From Pocillopora damicornis (taxonomy: Eukaryota), in the NCBI RefSeq assembly GCF_003704095.1, contig NW_020847569.1, forward strand, positions 62,001 through 126,000: a stretch of 64,000 nucleotides of DNA, given 5' to 3'. Within the stretch, counting starts at the first letter, position 1. Each line of letters opens with the position of its first letter. The position numbers and the translations under genes are program-made. Of this stretch, positions 13,701 through 24,405 are shown in pieces. A model generated the notes under the pieces. That model was not told the DNA's origin, did not search any database, and saw only the letters and a program-made list of their open reading frames with translations.

Positions 13701-16700
13701 GTTTGACCGCTGTGTTGCCTGCAAACTAGTTCGACCCAGGGCTTAGAGGCTCCACGACTTGTCATGACGTTTATATATCTTTTTCCTTTTTTTTTAACCA
13801 CAGTATTGTGCAGAAGTAAAGAGAGCGCAATTTGATAATTGAAAGTCAATGGTTTTTTTTTACTTTTGTCGTGCTGTTTTATATATTTTTTCTTCTTATT
13901 TTTACCCTAACTACTCGACTTCTTAAGGAAATTTGGTCCTTAGTAAAATTGATGTTTTTTCTCGTGTGAAACGAAAATATAATTGTGGCCTTGGACGTAT
14001 GACTCCAAATATTTCTCACTACTATCCTGGACATTCTGCGGTCAATTATTGTACAGATAATAATGATTTTGTTAATGGATATAAGTTAAACATAATTCTG
14101 TTTAAACTTGATAGGCACTATCGCCAGCCCCCCTTCCAAGTTGGGTAAAACAGTGGACGAATTCTACAAACGATCGTGGTAAGTTATGTTAAAGGTTATC
14201 ATTTTTCGAAAAAAAGAAAAATTGTTGGACGAATTACACTCTTAGATGAAATGACACACTGAAATAACATCTTCATCGCTTCAATTTTCCCACCCATCCC
14301 TGCTATTGTATAACTGCCTGTACGTTTAGTTCTCAGGGGAAATAACGCATACAGAGCTATTACAAGTGTTATAATAGAGTATTTGAATAGAAGGATGATC
14401 ATCATTACACGGCTTTATTGAACTGTCTAATTAATGCCTCAACCACAAGAAAGCTTTTGCTGGCAATAGAACTGAAACCCAATGTGCTCTCGCGGTTATT
14501 ATCGTATCAATAACTTTTGGTTTGTAGTTAATGATCTACTAATGTTGATTAAGCTTTCTTGAACATGTCGCTTGTCACAAAGAGTGTCATTGTTTTCGCA
14601 GAGAACGCTTCAGTTTATCCAGTTGAGGTCATCGATTCATCTAGTACGGCTGAAGAGTCTGCGGGAAGCAGTGCCATGTCTTCTTCGAGTCACATTCCAG
14701 TTCCTATAGAATCTGAAAACTCCGGTGAGTGTAAATATTCTATCTGCAAACACAATAGATTCGTAACGTGTTGCTTGTTTCGTGAATCTATGCATCGGGG
14801 ACCCTTTTTTCCAGGAATTGTAAACTTTATGCATAGGTTTGCCGCAGAGGTATTAATTATAAATCCCTAAGTTTGTTTTTCACATGATCAAGTTGGAGGA
14901 TTATTACTTGTCTGCTAAACTAAAGCTATTGTAACGTACATGTGTAGATTAGTTCGGTGTGTTCTTCATCAAGTAATAATTTTAATATTCCTGTTGTCTT
15001 GTCTTCTCCGCTTTGTGTTCATTTATTTGATTTCAAAAATTCGTTCCTCGCTAATTTTTTTCCGTCAGAAAAACGCAAGGATTGAGTTTTTTTTTCTTTT
15101 GCTGTGGTCGAATGAATGATTTAGGACGCCAATGGCTCGCTCTTGAAATGTCTAGAAGATGTTCGGTGGAAGAGTACAAAGATTGAAATTATTTTTAATA
15201 CCTCTCCCCGGGAGATGATTGGCGTTGTTCTTTCTTTTTTTTTTTCCTTTTTAAAAAAAAAAAAGATATTGAAATGGTGAAATACTGTGTGAGGAAAATA
15301 GATGCTTGTGGTCAGTTTTGTTATTCCAACGAAACAGCGCTGCACTGTCTGTCGAAAGCGTCGAAATAATTAAGATGTTTTCACTCCAAGAAGGGTCTCA
15401 TGATAAAATTATGTTAGTGATTAAAAAAGTCTCTTTTGAGCCTGTTCTGACGAGCTTCGTTGGTCACGCAACGCTTTAGTCCAAAGATGTATTCCGTAAA
15501 GAATGATTCAGTTTTCGTTTTTCTTTATTTTCATTTTATTATTACTTTTTTNNNNNNNNNNNNNNNNNNNNNNNNNNNNNNNNNNNNNNNNNNNNNNNNN
15601 NNNNNNNNNNNNNNNNNNNNNNNNNNNNNNNNNNNNNNNNNNNNNNNNNNNNNNNNNNNNNNNNNNNNNNNNNNNNNNNNNNNNNNNNNNNNNNNNNNNN
15701 NNNNNNNNNNNNNNNNNNNNNNNNNNNNNNNNNNNNNNNNNNNNNNNNNNNNNNNNNNNNNNNNNNNNNNNNNNNNNNNNNNNNNNNNNNNNNNNNNNNN
15801 NNNNNNNNNNNNNNNNNNNNNNNNNNNNNNNTCTTGTCACTGGCGCGGGGACATAGAGAAAATCTGAGTAACCGTGAGAAATCAAACCTCAAACCTTCGG
15901 ATTTGTTTGCTTTCATGCTCTACCACGGAGCTAGGCTGTTACCTAGTAATAGCTTTGCTCTCCGTAGAGTCCTTTGTAGCTCAGTGGTCGAGCATCGGAG
16001 CACGGCACTCCGAAGGTCTTGGGTTTATTTCCTCATGGGCATTCAGATTTATTCTTTGATCCACGACTATATGAGTTTCCGAAGAAAAACGAAACAAAAC
16101 GACGAATGCCTTTTTTAAATAGTTATGGGGGGATGTTTGTCTTAATTGATTCACTCACATCTTTTAGCTCCATGTTTTACAGAAGACAAGTCCAAACCCG
16201 TCAAGAGCATTTCGTCATCGAGTCTAAGCAGACCAAGGTCGGCAACATCGAGAACGGCATCGGTAAGGACATTAACAGATCAACGATAAATTCCTGTTCG
16301 TGACAATTTTTACATAATGCTCCATCTATTATGTGAGATACCCCTAATATAAAATTGTTCCAGTACTAGGGAAATAAAAATAAACTGCTTTCTCAGATTC
16401 TAACATTCCGGATTTTCTAATTTTTCTCGCATAAGCATTTTGCACATTATCAGAGATTAAGAAGAGCCTGTCGTCAAGATATTGGATGCAACACTCTCCC
16501 AATGAACTTTTGCAAACAAAACAGCAAAAAAATATCCTAAAACGGACTCCTTCCCTCCCTTCCCCCAACAGTAAAAATAGTCAAAATAGTCAGGTCACAT
16601 GCTCATCATACTATGACTTCATGTGCTTCCTACTCATTGAAAAATCCCCACCCTTCCCCTCCTTAGACCTTATGCTTTTAAAAACATCAAGCTCTGTTAC

Positions 16701-19700
16701 ACGATGTATCTTATCTTGCATCCCCTCGTGAAAGTTCCTCCATGGTGAAAATAATTTTTTTCTCAACCTCGGCATTAGGTCGGTTGTTACGCCTCAATTT
16801 GTTTGTTTGTTTGTTTGTTTTTTTTCTTTACGACGGTTTTTCGCTTAAACCGTTCGCCATTACATGGTTATTTGTCCGTTGAGAACTAGAGCGAGAGAGG
16901 AAGTGACGCCATTTATTCAACAGTTTGAAATTTGAATTAGGTAGAACGGCAACTAATTTCTGACAACTTACTTCTGACATTTGTTCTGACGAAGGGCTGA
17001 GGCTCCAAACGTCAGCTTTATAAATTCTATACGGTGGCTAATTTACATTATCAATTCGGGTGATAAAACCAAATTATCTGGTAACTTCAGGAAGCACGAA
17101 TGCTACAGCAAAAATTCACTGGGTGCATGGAAAGGAGAAAAAGTCCAATTTTTAAGTAAGCAATTTTTAAAGGAAATCAAAAAGCGCTGAGGAACCAATA
17201 GCAAACCATTTTAATATGACTATCTCTTTTAATCTTTGCAGCCTGGTGTATTACGAAGCCAAAGCATGTCTGCTGCTAATATGTCCTCCTCTCCGAAGTC
17301 TGCGTCCTCCCCGAGAGTGGCGCGGAGCAAGACCATGTCTGCTGTCGTGCGGCGGTCGTACCCGACTACTGCCAACGAATTAGAGAAGAAACCAGTTGAC
17401 AACGCTAGGGGAAGGGCTGTGATAAGCAGTACTTCAGATGATAGCGATGTGGAATCAAGCGACGCTTCCCAGACGAGACAGACTAAAGAATCGCGAAGGA
17501 AGAGCGACGAGTCCGATAAGAAGGGAGTTCAACTTATTCCTGAAAAGGAGGGGAAGCGACCGCTGTCGGCCCCCCGCCCCAACAAGACAGCTATGCTGAG
17601 AGCGTACAACAGCCGAGAAGCTGTGAAGAACAGTGGGGTTAAGAGCAAGACTGCAGTATCGGCGAAAGCGAGGACTGCTAAGAGCTCATCGCCGAACAAT
17701 GGAAATTCAAGTGAATCTTCGCCGTCTGCGAGAGTGTGGAGTCCAAGTGTGAAAAGATCAACAAAGTCTTCTTCGGGCGATAGTATCCGTGAGGAAGAGG
17801 AGAATGGTACCAATTGTAGCTCGCCAGCAAGCGATGACGTCACTCAGGAGGCGATAGACCAGGTTTTTTCTTCAGGCTCAGTCCAGCAACTTCCAGAGTC
17901 GCTTATAATGAAGCGGGATGATAATGTTAACAAGACTTTTGTGCTCGGTAAGGGGTTACTCAATTAATTCATGACACTCGCGTTTTGAATTCGGCTTATT
18001 TTAACTTTTTTCTTTGTAACGCTGTTAGCTTATTGGCCAGAAATGTACCTTGATGTTGCTTTTCGAAATTGCGTTTCCCATTTTGCACTCCTTCGAAAAT
18101 CACATCATCGAGAAGCTGTGCTAGGTAACTGGTGTAGAAGTTATTACAAGTTATTAATTAGACACGGGGACGAATGAACCATTTCTCACCAATTTTTCAT
18201 TCTAGTACTTCACCTATTAATATAAAGTCTGTCCAGAGCTAGAGAAGGCAACAAATTCCTAGGGCAACTAAAAAGTGATATTGTCCTATGGAAACCTACG
18301 TGTTTCTGTAATTTTCCTTTAGCAATTCAGCCCAGTTGTTTGTTTGTAGTTACAGCGCAACCATTATTGCCAGTGTCGATTATGCAAAGTGAGCGATGAA
18401 TTCTCGCTTAATTTTAAGTCACTGTGATATTTTCTTAATTTGGTTGCAAGCTTTGATTGGCGCAATCAATTTGAGCTGAAACCTCCCTTCATTTCCTTTA
18501 ATTTCAATCTCTATGAGAGGTTCTGCCAGTTGTTTAATTATTTTTTCACCAAACTTTGGTTTTTTCTTAATCAGATGACGGTAATGAGGACAATTCTGTT
18601 TCATCTCCCGAAGACACGTCCATACAAGCATGGGTCGGCGAAGCAGCCAGTGGTGAAAACGTTCTTGAGTGTAATGGCGTCGTCACGAAAAACACTGCAC
18701 CGGTGTCTCCGTCTCGTGAAGAACCAACGGAGATAAAACTTGAAACAACCAACACTAAAGGAATCAGCTTGCGTAGTAAGCTTATACCATTTGCACCCTT
18801 CTTGGAAAACCAGTCATACATACCCCCCGTGTCTGATCTTCCTTTTGAACCTCCCAGTGACTCAGCAGACGACACATCCGGGAGGTCTCGTTGTTCTACA
18901 GCAGAGAGTAGGCCCATTTCGCCGGAGTCAGCGGTTTCGACCGCACCTGCTGCCTCCCCCTCGCCACCTTTGACTCCGAACTCTGCAGCAAAGAAAACAT
19001 TTGATTTTAAGGGGGGAGCAACATCTTCGCAAAGCAGGAGGCAGTGGGGTGTCACTGACAAGGTAAGGCCTCGTTCGTCCGACTCTTGTTGACTTGCGTA
19101 GGGTCTCCTAACACCCGGCATCTGGGCTATTTCGAAAACACTTTTTGCCTTTATTTTCCTTATCAGTTTCCTTCTCAGTTTCTTAGCGAAGATTTAAACC
19201 CGATTGCTGTCCATATAGACGGGAAAATTTCTCTCGGCTAACGAGAAAAACAATGCGTAATCTTTGAGGTTCCGTCGAGGTTTTCTAAACCGATTACCAA
19301 GATCTCAGTAACCGCTCCAACCCGCTTTCTCATTTAAACAAACTTTAATTGATTCTGCAAACTAAAACAGCTCAGCTTATTGAAATTATAATAAGAAGTT
19401 CCTCAGCTGAGCCTAGTTTTGCTTTCTGCATGATTTCAATTTGGTACAAGATACCAAATTTTTTACCTTGGTACAAGGTAAAATTAATGAAAATAACCGG
19501 TATAAAAAATTGGATTAAGCTGTGGTACAAATTGCTCAAGGCATTTTTGCCTTTCCTACCCCTGAGCTTGCTATTTTTCCTTTGAATCTCATGAAGAGAG
19601 ACACAATCCACGCTAACTCAACTGTATAAGAAATCTGAACGATTTTATTCAAAAACACCTTCTATCATTGTGTTTTCAGCCTGTTGAGGATCTGATGTTG

Positions 19701-21684
19701 TCCTCAATTCACGCATTCTCCGTAGAGTTACGGCTAGCTTCGGAATCCGTGCTGGGCAAAGTGAAGTACGTAAAATATTTGTCTTCATCGGTCAGAAAAA
19801 AATCCTCTCTGCGTTTCTAGAACACACGAACTTAAAGCACCGACATTACGATAATTTAATTTTATATTTAACTTTGAATATAATAAGACCCTGAAGTATT
19901 TTTTTCTCGGATGGGAAAACAAGAAGGAACTTAGTAAAAGATGGCAGATATAAGAACAGACTGCAAATAACGATTTCGAGAAATCAAGGTTACAGCCTTG
20001 TAGTAAAATAGCACACGAAACGAATGCTAACTGAATGGTCGCGTTTCAGAACTCTGTACGATGGAAGCGAGGAGCTAAACGGCACTGCAAGGTCAAGGAC
20101 GGATTCTGACGCAAAACAGGAATCCAAGAGTGCCATTCCAGATTGGAAGAGCTCTCACGCGGTAAGTGAATAACTAAGGCAAGGAAACTGAGTGTAGCAC
20201 ATCATAGCGTGGCTTGATGGTAGTGTTTCGCTTGCAATAATAGGGAACTAACGCTGTGAATACGACGACGCCGAGGAAAACATTAAATGAAAACACATTA
20301 TTTTGTTCAGAGTTTCGCGGGCGTTTCCGTGCCAGAGCCGTTTTTAAAGGCTTCAGACCTCTTCGTCGGGATAACATATGGAGGTGTCGTCGAACTTTAC
20401 TTACAAACACAATTGCAGCTCAACAGCAAACCAAACCGAACTGGTTTTCGAACGAAACAAAATTGGGTTTCACGTTGCTGTTAAGCAGAGGACAACAAGG
20501 AAATCTACAAATTTTCAAACCGCACGTGCAGAGCCATTATTTTACCTAGTGTATCTTTTGTTGGAACACGCTCTCGTTTGCGCCAGGTCGTGAGAATACC
20601 TGCCAAAAGCAAACGATGCAAAACTCAACGTTAAAACACAAGTGACATGTCTTTTATCTTGATGTACTGCTTCTCCATCTCTTTTGTTTCCTCTGTAGCG
20701 TAATTTTACGGCACTTACTTGTTTTGGAGTTGTTAAAAAAGTTTCTTTTTTGTTTATTTTTGTTTTTTCTAACAGGAGATAGCTGGGATATTTCGAAACT
20801 TGCGAAAGGTTGAGCTTCGCCTTCGCAGTAAGTATGATTTGCTATCTTTTTGTCGGCCTAAACAAAGACAAATCTACTATTTTTGTTCGGGCTGGTGTGA
20901 CGTGTGCATTTTACTTGTTTCCACCGGATCCTTTGTCATAGCATAGCGACAAAATCCTTCTGAGTCTAGGCTACGCTATTTCATTAATTATCCCTCAAGG
21001 CATATGCAGTGAGTAAGATTGCTATCTCTATTTTTATCACCACTACAATTCCAATCTTGCTAATCATGTCTCTTTTTCAATGTTCAGCGATGGAGCAGGC
21101 CTTATCCATCATGTGTGTCGCAGCTCAACGGGACCCTAATCAGGTGAGTGCATCAATCGTTAAAACACAGACATGTAACACTTGTCGCTCCTGTTCTGAG
21201 TTCCAATGCTGATGACAAAATTCCCATCTCCTGACCTGCCGTTGGCGTCTGAATGACGCCTAAATTGAGCTCATTTATCTTTGTTTCTAACGAACGCTGC
21301 TTCTCATTTCAATATCAAACGGAAGCGCCTTTTATTAATCAGTGCACCTTTGTTTCTAGTCTTTCCAAGAGAGGAAGATTTCAATGGTGGAAACGTCTAG
21401 CCTGGGTAAGGAAAACTTATATGGTGGAAACCTTTGAGAAAACTTGGAATTCATTTCGTGTCACCGTTGTCGACGATTTTATCTTCTGGCACATCATTTC
21501 ATTGTTGGTTTTTGTCTTTTGAGCTCAAAAGATGTTTTCCCTTTTCTTTTCTTGGTTAGCCTCAGGCCAAAAATGGAGAGAGTTTAAAATCAAGGCTCGC
21601 CGGAATTCTTGGGCAGTGGAACACAGAAGCCAGTTCCCAGTTCCACCGGCGGAATCTGACGAGGAGGACGAGGACACTTCGTGA
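1704..21684 (+). CDS. CEP170: Centrosomal protein 170-like (N-terminal FHA domain, CEP170 C-terminal region), ~1198 aa, 20 coding exons
   Basis: Phase-consistent exons: 1704-1814, 3300-3389, 3772-3847, 8652-8767, 8906-9013, 9627-9880, 11215-11240, 11653-12375, 13239-13393, 14115-14178, 14602-14724, 16183-16262, 17242-17947, 18575-19062, 19680-19765, 20050-20161, 20776-20827, 21088-21143, 21360-21405, 21560-21684 (total 3597 nt, ends TGA). FHA motifs FVGRDD / SRSVDKQHAVI / DLGTLNGTFVND / RFGYD, the GSPLYGQPPWWG motif, WVKQW, and the C-terminal LMLSSIHAFS...EIAGIFRNLRKVE all match the CEP170 family as I recall it. Confidence 0.9.
2675..2885 (+). mobile_element. ~210 bp TTAA-ended MITE (piggyBac-like ends TTAACCCT...AGGGTTAA)
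   Basis: Same sequence as the copies at 38121-38337 (-), 43237-43448 and 50433-50644. Partial copies at ~10450-10645, ~13020-13100 and 47618-47637. Related variants at ~2512-2678 and ~3487-3668. Confidence 0.7.
3848..8651 (+). other. U12-type (minor spliceosome) AT-AC intron in CEP170
   Basis: 5' splice site ATATCCTTT at 3848, right after ...GGA TAT G. Branch point TTTTCCTTAAT at 8632-8642 and terminal AC at 8650-8651. Splicing restores the frame RFGY-D-SNTFRV. Confidence 0.9.
9928..10201 (+). mobile_element. tRNA-derived SINE-like repeat, family A
   Basis: A box TGGCTCAGTGG (~10084) and B box GTTCGATTCC (~10129). Long alignment with 55140-55355. AACATCTTTCTC occurs at both ends. Confidence 0.75.
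15832..16065. mobile_element. Two head-to-head copies of SINE family A (minus ~15832-15933, plus ~15961-16065)
   Basis: Reverse complement of the first reads TAGCTCCGTGGTAGAGCAT...TCCGAAGGTTTGAGGTTTGATTTCTCA...ACTCAGATTTT. The second reads TAGCTCAGTGGTCGAGCATCGGAGC...TCCGAAGGTC. Confidence 0.7.
16986..17080 (+). mobile_element. Penelope-like/retrozyme-type repeat fragment carrying a degenerate minimal hammerhead ribozyme
   Basis: CTGACGA-AGGGC-TGAG-GCTC-cAAAC-GTC at 16986-17013 matches the hammerhead core with stem II and a palindromic ACGT stem III, but GAAA is mutated to CAAA. It is followed by TACGGTGGCTAATTTACATTATCAA..GATAAAACCAAATTATC, which I recognise from cnidarian repeats. Confidence 0.65.
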
Positions 21685-22636
21685 CTGGGTCATGAAATAA
21701 AATACTGGGAAATGAAGTAGAGCACTCGATCCCGCCTGGAAAAAAAAAGAGCTGAAAGTTTGTGAACGTTCGGGCTACGCCATTGTCAGTCTGTTGTTGA
21801 TATTATGGAGGATTGCGGTTGGCAACGAAATTGTTTTGAATAAGTAAGTTCACTTTTCTGAGGAAGGAAAAGAAGGAATTGCACTATTGATGTGTGGTAG
21901 AATTTTGACTGTGAATTTTTTTTTTTTAATGAAAGATTCCGGAGAAAAGAATTTGTACATTTGCTTTTTATGAAGAAGCCAATTTTGTTCATTTTTGTGT
22001 TGAATATAGGAATCTTCGTGAAATTGCCATCTTAATGATGAAGCCAAATGAGCCGTAAATGTAAATGTATGGGAGAGCATTGTAAAAATTTCAATTGCTA
22101 TTTAATGCACACAGATTATGGATGTAAAAAGATAAGATTATACACGGAATAAAGATAACGAACAGGAAAGTGAAACTCAGGAGAATTTCTTAGCACGTGA
22201 CATCTGTTCGCCTGCTAATGAACACGGGGTTCGAATTAGGAATGGCACTTGCATTTGCAAACAACATTAATCCCTCTAATTTAACTAATTATTTATCTAT
22301 TTTCGACAGTCGTAGACCTTCCACGCCTAGATTTAGACCTCCCTACTTCCAAGCTTCCGTGTTCTGAGAGTTCTACCCCCTCTTTCTCGAATTCTTTCTC
22401 CAATCTAACAGCGAAGTTAGCTCTACAGAAATAATTGTTTGACCATTGTGCGCGAGAAATCAGTAGGCGCAAGAATTCACTGTTAAATTGAAATACTCAA
22501 AACGCGTAAGAGTCTTCCATTTTCAACTTGAACATGTTTGATGATTGCAAAATCGTTTGATTACCTCGAGGAAGATTATTTCGTTAAGAATGAAGCTAAT
22601 CCGATGCCGTTTCTTGATAAACGCCACCAGCCGATG

Positions 22637-22768
22637 GGAATTTTCCGGCGGTTTCTCCTGCGGCTTCTAGACGACCGCTTATGGCCCTTAAAAATATCGG
22701 AGGAATTTTCTGGCGGTTTCTCCTGCGGCTTCTAAACGACCGCTTATTTCCTAAAAAATATCGGAGGG
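22637..22768. repeat. Two-copy 65 bp tandem duplication
   Basis: GGAATTTTC(C/T)GGCGGTTTCTCCTGCGGCTTCTA(G/A)ACGACCGCTTAT...AAAAATATCGGAG starts at 22637 and again at 22702. Confidence 0.9.
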
Positions 22769-24405
22769 AGAATCTCCCTGCCATAGTGGAAGACATGTCC
22801 TACACAGGAAATTTCTCCCACTAATTTCCCTTTCCAATTCGTTATCGCTCATTTTCGCGGCTCCGCGAGAAAAAGAATTCGGCCAATATCCAGCCATCTT
22901 GACATCACGCTTTCTTAATAACGCATATATTTGTTAAATATACTTGGGAGCTTTGGGAGGGTACTGCTACACGTAGGCTAGGGGCTTTATGATCAAGCGC
23001 GGTAAAGACAAATCATTTTGGAGCTAATTGTCTTTAATAACATTCTCAATTTTATCTGCTTGGGAAAACATACCTTATATTATCTTAAATTACTTAACTT
23101 AAATGTTTTCTATTCCCATGTCACAATGTACGAAAGTTGAATGCAATAACTTAATGGTGTCACACGCGAGGACCTTTTTTTGCGAGCGTGTTTAGGCACT
23201 TGCGTGTGATCCACGCTTCCTTACCTTTAGACATTAATTTCTACTGTAAACAGTCCGCAATTTTAAGCTGCTCAATCCTCAAATTTCCAAAGCATTTTTG
23301 AACCCTTGAGGAAATCCCCAAGCTAAACACACTTCGGGCCACATTATAATTAAGTGTAAAGAAGCTAAAAAAGTGATAAACAAGCAAAATTTTCTCTAAC
23401 AATAAATACAAACTCACGCGTTTCTTACGCTACATGCGATATTTACCATCATTTGTTCCAATTTGAGAAGTTTTCGGTTGAGTGTCGAACGTAATAAGGG
23501 ATGGATTGGTTTGCTTTACTTTGCTCCGAAATTGGTCCTGAAAATTCGTGCCTCTTTGTCAACAAAACAGATGCAACGCAAAAACCAATCACGACGTGTT
23601 TCGGCAGTTTGGTTGTTTTATGTTTGAGTTCTCATTGGCTTTTAAAGGTCTTTTCCTTTCTTTTCGTTGGCCGCTGGGATTACTTTGATTATGGTTTAAC
23701 GACACTCACGAGAAGTGCTTCATACGAAAATTCCATAGTTGGCAGAATTTGTGGAGCAGACCGATTAAGGTTAAAATATCTTGAAATATGTTTACGGCGA
23801 TGTAGTACTAAAAATGCATCTCCTTTCCAAGCTACCTAGACTTAAATGTTCAATGAATAAACAAAAACATCGCCGCAAAACATAACTAAACAAAAGATCG
23901 CGTAGATTCTTTTTCGAACGCATGAATTTGAATTTTCTTTTTCGACTTCAATCTAACTTGCCTAGAAAACTCGTACCACCCTCTTACCTAAATCAAATGT
24001 AAATTTAACAAAGGCTTCTTTGCCACTCATATTTTCTCGCGCTTTCTACAGTTCACTTGTTTTCCATTCGTTATCATTGGCTCCCTGTAACATTTCGTTT
24101 GTTCTGATTGGCTGTTGAAATTATGGCACCTTGAAAAACAAGACCAGGACACCAGAAAAAAAAGAGCTTGAGATAGAATGATCAAAAACTTGCGACGCAA
24201 TACGTCACTATATACATGCTGTCTAGAATTAAAAATTAAGCGAAACGACTTTTGGACAAAATATGACAATGGTAAACTGTAGTGGCCCAATCAATTCACC
24301 TCACAAGGTTTAACCATCCACTCTGCTTGCGCCGTGGAGTATTTCAACTCAAAGTAAAGAACGCTCGACGTATAAAGCAAACTATCGTCACAAGATACGG
24401 GCTCT

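Noticed and set aside
15460-15916. ORFs rich in X (also near 1383, 25394, 47530, 54617)
   Set aside because: Artefacts of translating through N gaps.
18567-19121. 184-aa minus-strand ORF (also 17529-17843, 13189-13428, 41712-41999, 44626-44901)
   Set aside because: Antisense shadows of real exons of CEP170 or PEX6.
22637-22768. CRISPR-like repeat array
   Set aside because: Only two adjacent 65-bp copies, no unique spacers, eukaryotic context, no cas genes.
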